Below, in pieces: positions 1 to 11,489 of a DNA stretch of 64,000 nt. The position numbers and the translations under genes were made by a program. Within the stretch, counting starts at the first letter, position 1. The number at the start of each line of letters is the position of its first letter. The stretch is taken from the NCBI RefSeq assembly GCF_964355755.1, contig NC_092678.1, forward strand, positions 3,736,422 through 3,800,421, read 5' to 3'. This DNA is from Antedon mediterranea (Eukaryota; Animalia; Echinodermata). Under the pieces are notes generated by a model. It was given only the letters and a program-made list of their open reading frames with translations. It was not told the origin of the DNA and ran no database searches.

Positions 1-21
1 AAGTGTGTTTAGGTGACAAGT

Positions 22-61
22 GGGCGGAGCTTAGTGAAAGGAACTAGCTGAGTGTATAAAA
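22..61 (+). promoter_or_regulatory. Putative core promoter of TIMP-A (GC box plus TATA box)
   Basis: GGGCGG at 22-27 and TATAAAA at 55-61, about 155 nt upstream of the ATG at 214 (context ACCATGG). Confidence 0.65.
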
Positions 62-213
62 GTAGCCAGCAGTCAATGAAACTTCATCAAACCTGATCGA
101 TACTACACCGATTGAGGAGAGTTACTACCAATTGTTACTATTGTTTATATTGGTTATATTTCGACAACTTTTTGCAGTTTTTATAATTCTGTTGACTAGT
201 TACTAGAAGCACC

Positions 214-343
214 ATGGCAAATTCTGGGATCATTTCTTGTCTAGCAGCATTGTTTGTTTTTATGTTGGAATTGCAGGTACTATTTGCCTGTCAGTGTGGA
301 ATGCCAAAACATCCACAAACAAGTTTCTGTGAATCTGATTATG
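214..343 (+). CDS. TIMP: TIMP-A exon 1. Gene model join(214..343,624..902,1031..1164,1571..1795), 255 aa
   Basis: MANSGIISCLAALFVFMLELQVLFA|CQCGMPKHPQTSFCESDY: signal peptide, Cys-X-Cys, HPQ motif; donor G|GTGAGT, phase 1. Not in the ORF track. Confidence 0.95.
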
Positions 344-623
344 GTGAGTGCAAATTATTTAATTAATTCTTGCTATTAATTTAATAATTTATTTTAAACT
401 GATTCTAGCTCTAACTTTTTAACTTGGTAACTATGTATCCATAACAAGTGTTTTTCAAATTAATTTTAAGATAATGTTAACTATTTGTTAAAATTGTATG
501 TTGATGAACTTTTAAAATACTGTACTATTTGTATTGTAAATTGTTATGATATTATCGAAATTTCATCATGGTAATTTTATTAGATAATTTCCATATAGTA
601 AACGAAATTGTATTTTATTCCAG

Positions 624-902
624 TAATTAAAGTTAAAATTATCGAGAAGACAAAATTCAAGGATCCTGACTACGTTGAACCAACGGATGATGCCCTCTAC
701 CCAAGCTTTGACAACATCTGGGGAGGAATGGACGAGTACGTTCCTGAAGCTCACAAAATCAAGTACATAGCCTACGTTGAAAAAGTTTACAAAGGCGAGC
801 AGTATGCAACAAGAAAAACAAAGATTGAGATTGAGACATCGGCAAGCTCTGGTATCTGCGGCATCACATATTTAAAAGAAGGAGAAAGATATCTTATTGG
901 AG
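624..902 (+). CDS. TIMP: TIMP-A exon 2 (NTR/N-TIMP domain)
   Basis: Acceptor tattttattccag; VIKVKI...YVEKVYKG...TSASSGICGI...ERYLIGG; donor G|GTAAGT; 279 nt keeps the frame. Confidence 0.95.
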
Positions 903-1030
903 GTAAGTTTACTTGCTATTTAACTGTTAGAAAATGAATTGGTAATGATACACTATTATATAACTATAAATTTCAATAGTTAAATTCATTTTACCAAAGC
1001 AATACTTAATAGTTTATTATTTTATTCCAG

Positions 1031-1164
1031 GTGTTCTAGATGACGACACTAAGGAATTTACGATTGCTCTTTGTAATACATGGATTGAGAAATTTGAAGA
1101 TGTGACAAAAAGTCAACGACAAGGAATAAAGAGATTCTACAAGAAGTACTGTACACAGTGTGCT
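1031..1164 (+). CDS. TIMP: TIMP-A exon 3
   Basis: Acceptor tttattccag; VLDDDTKEFTIALCNTWIEKFEDVTKSQRQGIKRFYKKYCTQCA; donor GTAAGT, phase 0. Confidence 0.95.
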
Positions 1165-1570
1165 GTAAGTAAACATTCAACAAGTTAAAATAGCAATTGT
1201 CCATTGTTAAATATTGTATTGAAATTCTACAAGTAAAGTACAAATCTATGCAAAAGTTATTTTAATTTTATCTATAAACTGTGTCCCCTTTAGAAGATTC
1301 CAATCACCTGTATAGGATTCTTTTAATTTCCTTTAACTTGCCAAGTTCAGCAATTTAGTTTATTTATAGAAAAAATTTGAACTTTACCAGCCATGAAAAG
1401 AAAAGCATGTAAGAATCCAAATCTGAAAGGAAATTACAATAGGAAAAGGGAATTTCAATGAAATAAAACAAGTACTAATTATCACTTTCTTCATCAAGGA
1501 ACTGTAACTAGTTTCATTTTGCAAATAACTTCATCATCACTAAATTTTTTTATTTTAATTATTTTTACAG

Positions 1571-1795
1571 ATTGAAACTGGTGATATTTTCTTTCCACCT
1601 GGCGTTCCAGCTAAAATGAAGCGTATTTGCGGATACCCACCATTCAACAGGCCAGAAAACGATTGCGAAAAGAATTTTTCAGCATGTGTACGTCAAGTTG
1701 ATGGTAGCTGTGGTTGGATGAAGAATAAAAATTACAAACAGTGTGTGAAGGCACGAAAAGACCAGAAGAAGAAGCAAAGACGAGGCAAGTTTTAA
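1571..1795 (+). CDS. TIMP: TIMP-A exon 4 (C-terminal domain with basic tail)
   Basis: Acceptor atttttacag; IETGDIFFPPGVPAKMKRICGYPPFNRPENDCEKNFSACVRQVDGSCGWMKNKNYKQCVKARKDQKKKQRRGKF*; C-x7-C-x-W motif typical of TIMPs. Confidence 0.93.
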   Translation: METGDIFFPPGVPAKMKRICGYPPFNRPENDCEKNFSACVRQVDGSCGWMKNKNYKQCVKARKDQKKKQRRGKF

Positions 1796-3250
1796 ATAGA
1801 ACAATTTGACCGAAGTTTTTGAGCATTTCTCAGGGTACCAAAATGGCTTGTACCAGCTCACTCTTTCCAGAGTAGCCATTTCCTACCCATTTTTTGCAGC
1901 TGTTGATGAAGAGACAAACCTGTAACAACCAGCCTAGCACAAATATGTGAAAAGGATCTTTCCTTTATTGTTAAAGGAAAGTATAATAGAATCAATATTG
2001 GACCAAAACAAACAAAAAATGTATAATGTAAGAATTGCTCCAAGATTAATTCTAAAAAACAGAAAATGTTTTTTTTGTAAAAAAATCTAAATTTTTACAG
2101 TGGCTGGCCTTTCCTTTATTTTTGAAAGGGTTAAGCCCTTACTTTGAAAGAGTTAGGCTCTTGTTTTTTAAAGGGTTAACTTAAAAATAATGTGCAATAT
2201 ATTTTGAAACGAAAAGGGAGTTTATTTATCCTGCAATTGAGGCTACTGTGTGGAATTGTAACAATTTTAGATGGGTTTTTTTTCTGCGGAATGCTTACAA
2301 GCTTGTTGTGAACAGTGGGTTACAAACTGAAGGGGTTAACTACTAACTGTCTGGAATGTAGACTGGTATGAATGAATTGTTAGGGAATGTCTACACTGTT
2401 ATGTTTACCCTCATGACAGCGAAATGACGTCTAAGAATATTCTTTTGCGGTTAGACTCTAAACCTGTTGCTAAATTTAGATCATGAATAAGAAATTCTCG
2501 AAATTTTAAACATTTGCCACAAATTTACCCATTTGCTTTGTTACCAATACAGATCACCAAAAGTGCCTTAGAATAGATAAGAGAAAAAATATGTTTGTAG
2601 AAATATAAATTGTATATTTTTTTAATAAAAATATTACACAGTTAGATGGTTTAGATTGACAATGTTAATTGCTAAATGAAGATATACATATTTATCTATA
2701 TTGTTACATATCCACATAGGACTATAGCCTCTTTAACTAAGTAAAACTAAGTATTCCGTGTATTATAATGTATATGTAAATAAAAATGGACGTATATATA
2801 AGATATATATTATTGCTGTTTACTGATAAGATAATGCCTTAAATATGTTATAGATTAATTTATATATTTAAAATTGTGCGCCGATTCTTTTTCCCTTCCT
2901 TAAAATTATTGAACGCGATTGTAATTTGGGTGTTTAATATGGTATTTGAAAAGTTGTTCATTTGTTGAACAACATAAGGTAATTCTTTTATTGTTTAATA
3001 TTACTTTACCTAAAAATCAAATGCACTGATGCATTTAATATTGGTTTGCTTTTTGAATACTATATTAATTCCTACAACATATTGTTACAATGTTTTGGTA
3101 TATATATATTTATTTAAAGAACAGCTTTTGACTTATGAACGAAGATGTATTTATAAATATTTGATGTACTTAAAAGATAATTATTTTATTAAGCAAATGA
3201 AATCTTTAATGTTATATGACTGAGATGAAATAAATAATAAAAAGATTATA
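1796..3250 (+). other. Probable long 3' UTR of TIMP-A with alternative poly(A) signals
   Basis: AATAAA at 2624, 2779, 3229 and 3236; the last pair is followed by a GT/T-rich tract. The extent is inferred. Confidence 0.5.
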
Positions 3251-6200
3251 CTTTGTATTTTGTGTACTTTCAAATTGTCTAATCTGAATTCGCAGAAGTA
3301 CTATTAAAATGACTTATGTTTTTGTGTTGAATGAGAGATAAGAGATGATGGATATCTAACTGGACATTTAAAAACTCTCTTGATATTTCATCAAGAAGCA
3401 TGTTATTGAATAATAATTAAGTACAACATTGAAGCCTGGATAAACCTAAAACAAAGTGCAGTAGAGTATTCTGTTTGTGATACATGACAGCAGTCCAACG
3501 AGAATTCAATATCATCAAGATATAACAGAGCATCATCATTTGCAGAAAATATGACCAAATATTACTGACCGTAAATACAATTGCTGTATTACAAACTCAA
3601 CGCAATAGACCTGTGTTAACCATCTATCTACTGCACGTCAAAACTAGTATTCCTCACAAAAAATGACTGAAATTAAACTATGCAACATTCCCAAATGATT
3701 GACATAATAATGAGTTGAGAAACACAGAACTCCTCCTGTGTTCTTGTCACTCAAAAATTAGACAGAAATCATTATCGACATGTCTAATACAAATGATTAT
3801 TAAAGCGGCTGTCACATGTATACGACATGCATGATACAAATGATCATTAAAGGAGCTGTAACATGTGCAAATTATTTCATCATGCTTAAATTATTTGTGA
3901 AACGGTTGATTGGAAATTATGGGACATAAAATTTAAATTGGTAAATATTTAAGTTAAAATAAAATATATTTTGAATCGATATCAATTTAACTGGAAAGCA
4001 GTGAGATACTTTAATATGTATGTTTGCGTTCTGAAGACCCACTTGACAAGTTCACATTGAGGATAAATTGACAGTTTAGTTAACAAGGTGTGACTGGGGT
4101 ATTTTCATACTTAGCATTCTTTTGTATTCCTGTCGCATACCACACCATAAGTACATTTGCACAAACTTAGGGGGTATAGCCCTACATAATATAAACATAG
4201 CTGTTAGCACATAATAGGTATTTGTGAAAGATGTAGGCCCTAATAAGTTAAAGTTTAATTAAGTTTAAAAACATGCAAGTATTATGCTATTATGAAGTGT
4301 GCATATGGAGGCATTAGAGCAATTAAATCCAAACCCCCCTTTACCCGCGACTGCTGCATCTATCTTCCTTGGCCTATAACATTTCTAACAATTGCATTTT
4401 TTCTATTTCATAAAATCATCCACATTATCATCGTAAACAACAATATATATAGTTTATATCTATGCTTGGAGAACCAAATTAATTAATTTCATATTCCTCA
4501 TCTAATTGTGTTTAAAAGCCCCTACATCCTCAAAAACATTTTAGAAAGTTGAATTGTAAAGATTTAATAAGTTTACTAAATTAATAATAATTATATCTAA
4601 AAATCCTACAGCTTCAAATGTTAGACAAGTCGCAAATGTTATACATGGAAGCGTTTTTTTTTTTTTGCTTTTGAGGTTTAAGTTTAAACAAAAAGCAGTT
4701 CTTACACACACATCCTGTGTTGTAAACTAAGATGGACATTTACCATATTAAATAATATGATACTTTAAATTACATAAAATTGTTTTCCGAGTCACGATCT
4801 ATTTCACACTACCAATTAACGTAAGGGAGGGTGGAACATGATTTAGCAAAAAAGCGTGCCAAGATTTTGCCTCGAGAGGGCGATGAGAAAAAAGTGTGAC
4901 AATTGAAAGCGCACAACTGGCACTCAATGTGTTTTCCAAGCAGCTTAATGTCTTAACTTTAACAAACAAAAGAAATAATATAAAAAAAAGGATTATTAAT
5001 CAATCCTAAAGTAGCAAAAATGATCCATCAGAAATGAGAAGGGATATAATATCATAAAAATATGGAAAACAAGTTTAACCCTTATACAGAACTATCATAT
5101 CATTAAAACAGTAATTACAAATATTATAACAATAATAATAATTAAAAAAAAGTAAAGCTAAAATATTTAAACTCAAGAACAATTATCCTTGTGAGGCATT
5201 TTAAAATAGATTTTATGTTGATTTAAGTTATACTTTCAACGTTTTAAGCATTCCAGAGCAGGGCTGAACTGAACTTAAAATCTACCTGCTGAAGAACATA
5301 TGTTTGAGCGCCAGTGGAATTTAAACTGCATGTGGTGCATAATTGCTATAATCCAAGTATCGGAATTTGGAAGATTATCACGCCAGAGCCATGATGCATG
5401 GTTTATGGATGGTTTATCCATGGAGGTCCAGATCATCTCATGGTTGTTCGTCCATGGGGCTGGGCACAAACAAATACAATGTTAACCACCTTCAAATTAT
5501 GCACAGAATAAAAAGTGCTACTTTTGTTTAAGCATAAAAGGATGACAGAACCAATATTGAAATTTTGGTTTCTGGAAACTGTTTTAACAAGAATAATAAA
5601 AACCAAAAGAAATGGACATATTTTATTGTCACATAGTAAATATCTGCTGACATCGATAAAAGACATCAAATTATTATTATTATTAAACATAATTGTTACT
5701 GGTGGAAAATGAAAACAGCTTTTGTTAATAGACCTATACGAAAACACAAATAATGAAAACTTCATTTGAAATCGAAAGTAAGAACTCCCAGGGACCAACA
5801 ATTGTCGAAATATCTATCTAAAAAAACGCCATAAATGGAAGTTTTTATGCAAGAAAAATTATCTTTCCTGTTCTGTCTGGAAAAAATCCGATGACTACGA
5901 ACAATTACAAAAATAAAAGCACACCTGAGACCGAAAAAATATTGAATTCCAGTTGTTCGCACTTAGAGGTATTTATATAATTGTTTTCTAATTGGTTTTA
6001 AAGATTGCAAATTTTTCTTTTAATATTTCTCTTAAACTTTTGTTGTAGAAAGTAAACTCTCACTAAATGGGATTATCGAAAAACTGTAAAACATCAACCT
6101 GTACTCATGGTACTATAATTTTGTCCTTTATTTAAAACATATATTTCTAAAATCTAAAACTTTAAAGATATGGAAGGGTGTTGAATAAATAATTCCAACT

Positions 6201-7598
6201 TGATATTATTTAATTGAAAGAAATTCAAGTACTTAGACTAACTGTCAAGCCTACGTATGTACTAAAAATTACCGTACATTACAGTATACACTTACAATAA
6301 GTCTTAATACCAATATCTAAATGTCATCTAACAATTTAAATTTTTGACGTCAGCAACTGGAAGTTATTAATTATTATATTCCTTTATATAACTTGAGGTG
6401 GACGGACTGACCAAGATGACTAACCAGTTGAGGTACTGGTGTAGACAATGACCAATGTACACTTACGTCATAGTCTGCTGTGTAACCTCTTAGTGGTGGC
6501 CAAGACATGACTCACTAGATCTCCCCCCGTTCCAAATGTTTTAACTAAACCGATCTTAATGTTCTTCAGTTGACTAGACAGGTACAGTATTCAAATTCAA
6601 TAATTATGAATTAATTGATTAAATATTATATATTCCCCCTTTATCTTTTGTCTACAATTGTTTTAGTTAAATTTTTGGAAAAATTATATTGCGGCACTAG
6701 CCAATTCTTAAATTTTAAACAAGTGACAAAATGAGTCACTGGTGCACTAGCACAGATCTCGAGAGGACTATAAAAATGGCAGTTTGTCTCTGATATCCTT
6801 TTCAGAATATCGATTTGTACAAATAAATAAATAAAATATTTATTATACTTGCATCATTATTAGTTTGTCATTATCATTGATTAATCAAAAACTGGACACT
6901 ATGAATTCAAAATTGTAGAATTAGGAACCAGAAAGTGTCTATATAAAATAAAAATACTATTGCAGAAAAATTGTAGTTGCTTTGGACTGCCCCCTACACC
7001 CACTCTGACAATACCTGGAGAATTCTCAAAACTTTCTTTCTAGACAGAACAAGCATGTATAAATGTCCCTAATCATATTCCCCAGATAGACACTAGAAGG
7101 TCGCACGTTATACGATTGTTACCATTTTCAATCAACATGACAATAAAGCGCAATGGGGCGATCCTGACATTGAACAAATCATGCTAACGAAAATATTAAA
7201 TTAATACTTCTGTCTGGGAAAATAATTTAAACAATATGTCACTATACCTGGATGCAAAACAGAAAGTTCTTTAAACAATTGCGTTCAATTAAACTGGAAT
7301 GAAATCCAAGAAAGTGGACAACTCAGCAAAAAACTATTGTTTTTGTTTTGTTTATATGAATGTGCAATTTCATGTTCATTTGTTTGAAAGATTGCATATA
7401 AAATAGGTATTTTACTAATGAAATACTGTATGGTATGGAATCCAGCTATACACATTTTAAATCTTAATAACGATAACTTAGTCATTAAGGTGGATCTAAG
7501 ACCGTGGTGTAATACATAGGGCAAAGGCTCCTGGTTAGCACTCCTCTAATGGGCCTTCCAATACTGGGTATTGGAAGGCTTAGACATCACCGGTCTAA

Positions 7599-7781
7599 AG
7601 GGTCTTTCACACCTGTTCCGGTACGGTTCTGGTCCAGCGTCGGAAAATCCAATCAAACGTCAATGTTTCGTTTTCATGCGTATATTGATTGGCGCATAGC
7701 TGCATGGAGCGCCTTAAAAACAAAACATTGACGTTCGATTTGCTAGACCGGAACCGTGCCGGAACAGATGTGAAAGACCAT
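7599..7781. mobile_element. MITE, about 180 bp, PIF/Harbinger (Tourist)-like
   Basis: 38-bp TIRs GGTCTTTCACACCTGTTCCGGTACGGTTCTGGTCCAGC / GCTAGACCGGAACCGTGCCGGAACAGATGTGAAAGACC (4 mismatches), an inner inverted repeat around AACGTCAATGTTT, and TAA/TTA-like flanks. Confidence 0.8.
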
Positions 7782-9004
7782 TTTAGTGGGATAAAGATAT
7801 ACAGTAAAGCATTCATTTCTAGTATAACATTGTATTTTATTGTGGATGTGTATGTTATTCTGTGATATAAATTGTGGTGTGTGTGTAGATCGGGAATGCG
7901 ATGAAGATGTAAGAAACCTTTTTATTGAATTTATCCGTCTGCATCTCCTTGATTCGTACCATTTGAAATGTAAGCACGAGATTTTTCCATTAGCAATTTA
8001 TTTCCCACAAGAAATGACATCTATGAATATACAATATTCAATTAATACATTACAATTATCTGATGACATACATTAGGAAAATTATTTATCAAACTTTTGA
8101 AATTAAAGTTAAGCTTTTTTCACAGGAATTAAATAATTGCATTAGAAATATAGTTTTTTTCTGGATTTGAACAATCAGATAAAAAGATGATAACTAGGGA
8201 ATTTGAATTTATAAGGTAATCTTGTTTTACAGGTTTTCAATAATTATATTAAGAATAAACTTTTTTTTTAATTTGTCGAATCATACTCGCATGTATTTTA
8301 TTCGCCCCCATTCAAAACCATGTGACACTAAATTAGACCCAGCGCGACAGGGTCAATTTATAAATAGATACAATCGCTTGCTAAAGTTAATAAATTTATT
8401 ATTATTATTAACACAATTATTTAATTTGGATCAGTTGGGAAAGTCAGTTGGAGATGACTCGGAAACTTGAGTCCCCAAACAGAGTACCTGGGAAATGCTT
8501 TTTAAGACTTTGAATCGATCCACTAATTAACATATTCTAAAACGTTTGTCCCCATAGAGGAATAACTTAAAAAATATTAATATGTTAATGAAGAAAAATG
8601 TATTTTGATTTATATATTACAAAAAGCATTATTATATGACAAATTTGAATAAGAGTCCAGGTTATATCAAAACATTCCAAGAAGAGTGAAACGGAGAAGT
8701 CCCTCTGTTATATAAATCAAACTAAATTTATATCATTGATCAATAGATAAGACAATCAGTGCTATTTAAAAATAGATAGAGTAAGTTGATGTGGGAGGTA
8801 GGAAGCATAACAGAGCGTTTATTCAACACAGTCATTGTTAATTTTTTACCTATCATATTTGTGAATGAAGTGTGTTACAATACAAAGATTAAGAAATGCT
8901 TCCAAATGATAAGAATTGTATATAAACCTGTGTATGATAGTAAAAAATGTGTGTGTTAATTTTGAGCCACGGCCACACAAAAATGAAGCAGAAATGACGT
9001 GTTC

Positions 9005-9440
9005 TTTTTATTGAAGACAGAATTATAACAGGATGGAAAGAATTTGGCCGCTTCAATGACATCCTCTGCACCTATACCAATGTGGCTCAGCAAAAAAGTG
9101 TTCGACCAGAAAATTATTCCCGCCATCATATACGGAACAGCAACGTGGAGAATAAACGAGAAAAACAAGGATAAGGTAAGATCAATCCAGTATGCAGTGG
9201 AATGGAGAATGGACAAGATATCATACAAAGTATTAAGGGAAAGATCAACAACAAGAGCAATTGCTAAAAATAAGTGGAGATGGGCAGGCCACTTTGCAAG
9301 ACTCAAGGACAATTTGGACAAGCAGGACTACAGTTAGGCAATTTAGGATAGGAAAAAGGAAAAGAGGCAAACCCAAAAAAGAAAAAAGGAGAAGCAAATG
9401 GAGTACTTTGGAAGAGGGATGTCCTGCAGTGGACTGCCAA
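9005..9440 (+). mobile_element. Degenerate 3' fragment of an RTE-type non-LTR retrotransposon
   Basis: KKVFDQKIIPAIIYGTATW...KWRWAGHFAR, then after a frameshift WTSRTTVRQFRIGKRKRGKP: typical RTE ORF C-terminal motifs. Confidence 0.8.
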
Positions 9441-10120
9441 ATCCTGAAGAAAGAAAGATACTAAAAAGAATAATTTGGTGTCAGCAGAACACTAGCAATT
9501 AAATTTTGCAAGTAATGCTATTTTAACTATTTTGAATAAATTCCAAGATAATTCTTCTATTGTACTAAATAAGATAGAACTGTATTCAAATTAGTAAATA
9601 CAAATTTGATCGAGCTTTCAGCAAATCAATTAAAATCATAAATAACGACCTTCATTTCAAAAGAGATTTTAATTCTGTTCAATCAACAACAGTTAAACCT
9701 TGACCAGAAAACATTGTTAGACATTATGTTTAGTGAGAAATAATTAGCCATTATCATTATCTTTAAAATAACTGAAAGATTTATAAAGGTGGGCAGCGAG
9801 GTGTTAAATAAGATTATCCACTTTTAAATACCAAATATTTCTTCTATTTTATATGATAACAAGTTGTAAAAACAATACGTAAGATAGCAATGGACCATAC
9901 AGTACGAAGTTGGTTGTAAATCAAGTTACTTTAATGGCTATTAAGTTATAATTGTTTTTAATTTGATTGACAGTGTTATAATGCAGTACTGCCTCATATA
10001 TAAAATCTGTTAAAGGTTTTAAAAAACAATACTTTAATATCAAGTATAATATTGCAAAGTTTTCGGCATGAAATAGAAGACATATTACTCACATCGGTTG
10101 TCAAATAAAAATTGCAATAC

Positions 10121-10290
10121 TTATTGACATATTGCCAGATGGAATAGAAACAGTCTGAAGAAAATGATTATGTTTGGAAAAGTTGAAGAGAGAAGAAAGA
10201 TGGATAAAGGGAACATGTGATGTATCAAAACTCGAAATAAGCAGTTGCTACAATAAAGCCTAAGATCAGCATGTATGGAGAGTTTCACAG
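10121..10290 (+). mobile_element. Degenerate RTE (BovB-like) LINE 3' fragment
   Basis: Y*HIARWNRNSLKKMIMFGKVEERRK resembles the RTE motif YFGHIxRxxxLEKxIMxGKVEGKR. Confidence 0.6.
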
Positions 10291-11424
10291 AATGGTCAAG
10301 AGTACTCGGATGGAAGAACGACGAAAGATAGTATGGCAAGCATAAAGTTAGTCACCCAGAAATACTGAAATTGCTAACAGTCAGACTTGTATGTAGACGA
10401 GAAAAAGTTTGCTTGGTCTAGACAATAGAAATGCAGCCCATATGAAATGTTGATGATTGAGAGTGTTCACACCTGTGTGCAATTCAGCAATGCGTCATCT
10501 TAAAATCTTTTACCAAAACTACTGTCTTAGTTTATAAAGAACTACAGGAGAAGATCCAGAAACCCAATAAATGAGGACAGGGGATGGCAGAAGGTGGAGG
10601 GCTGACAAAAATACACAATTCAAATATAATTTCAAGGAGTTTGTTTCTTAAATCTGTCCATGAAAACTGAAATTATTACAAAATACAGAGAAAGTGTTTT
10701 TGGAAATGGAGAACAAAGTTCTAAAGTTAATGAAGCATACACAAATTCAGATCCGGATTAAAAAAATATTTCAATCAAATTCAGATAATATCTGCTTGCC
10801 GATACCGCAAAGAAAGTTCATACTTCTGATCGCAAGCCGAATATATTTATCCTAAATCCTTTTAATACGCAATTTAAATCTGTCTTTGTTGTTTGTTTCA
10901 AGAAGAAAGTTGAAAGTTTAAACACATACTCAAATTGCAAAAAGTAACTAAGTACACTACAAAAAATGTGCCGCCTATTCTTATCTTTTCTATACAGCGA
11001 TAAAATCTGGCTGCTTTCTGAACAACTTTAACGGGTCTCTGTAGACAAAAGATGGCGACAAATTCCTGTGGGTTTCGTTTAAGATTACATTTTTTATGTC
11101 TTCACATCAGATAACATTTTCGTCAGTAAGATGTAAATTGTAGGGTAGATGTCGTCCAGTTTTATTTAATTTATAACAAAATATATTTATGTCTTGTGGG
11201 GAGACATGTTGCATGGCAACATTTAATGAATGCAAACCCAACTTTTCGTTCTACAGTACTTTCCTTATTATACACAGTTTACTACTATTTTTTTCATACA
11301 CATCCAACGACGACACAAACTTGGCAATTACAGGATGGATCAACTGTTTTATAATTTACCATGCTTATAAAGTATCATTTAAGGCTTAGGGAATGGAGAT
11401 GAAAGAGATGTGAGTTACAACACT

Positions 11425-11489
11425 GGCACTAGGTCAGGATTGAACCCTGCACCTTGGGATTGGAAGACAATCATGTTAACCACCAAGCT
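11425..11489 (-). mobile_element. tRNA-derived SINE head fragment
   Basis: Minus strand AGCTTGGTGGTTAACATGATTGTCTTCCAATCCCAAGGTGCAGGGTTCAATCCTGACC has A-box-like and B-box-like motifs but no complete cloverleaf. Confidence 0.5.

Noticed and set aside
5275-5801. Overlapping ORFs of 61-122 aa
   Set aside because: No homology or exon structure; consistent with chance ORFs.
9608-9660. GAGCTTTCAG...CCTTCAT as a hammerhead remnant
   Set aside because: The CUGAUGA core is incomplete and there is no stem II.
11425-11489. Functional tRNA gene
   Set aside because: The acceptor and anticodon stems do not pair; treated as a SINE head. The same applies to 31043-31100 and the fragments near 16925 and 51720.
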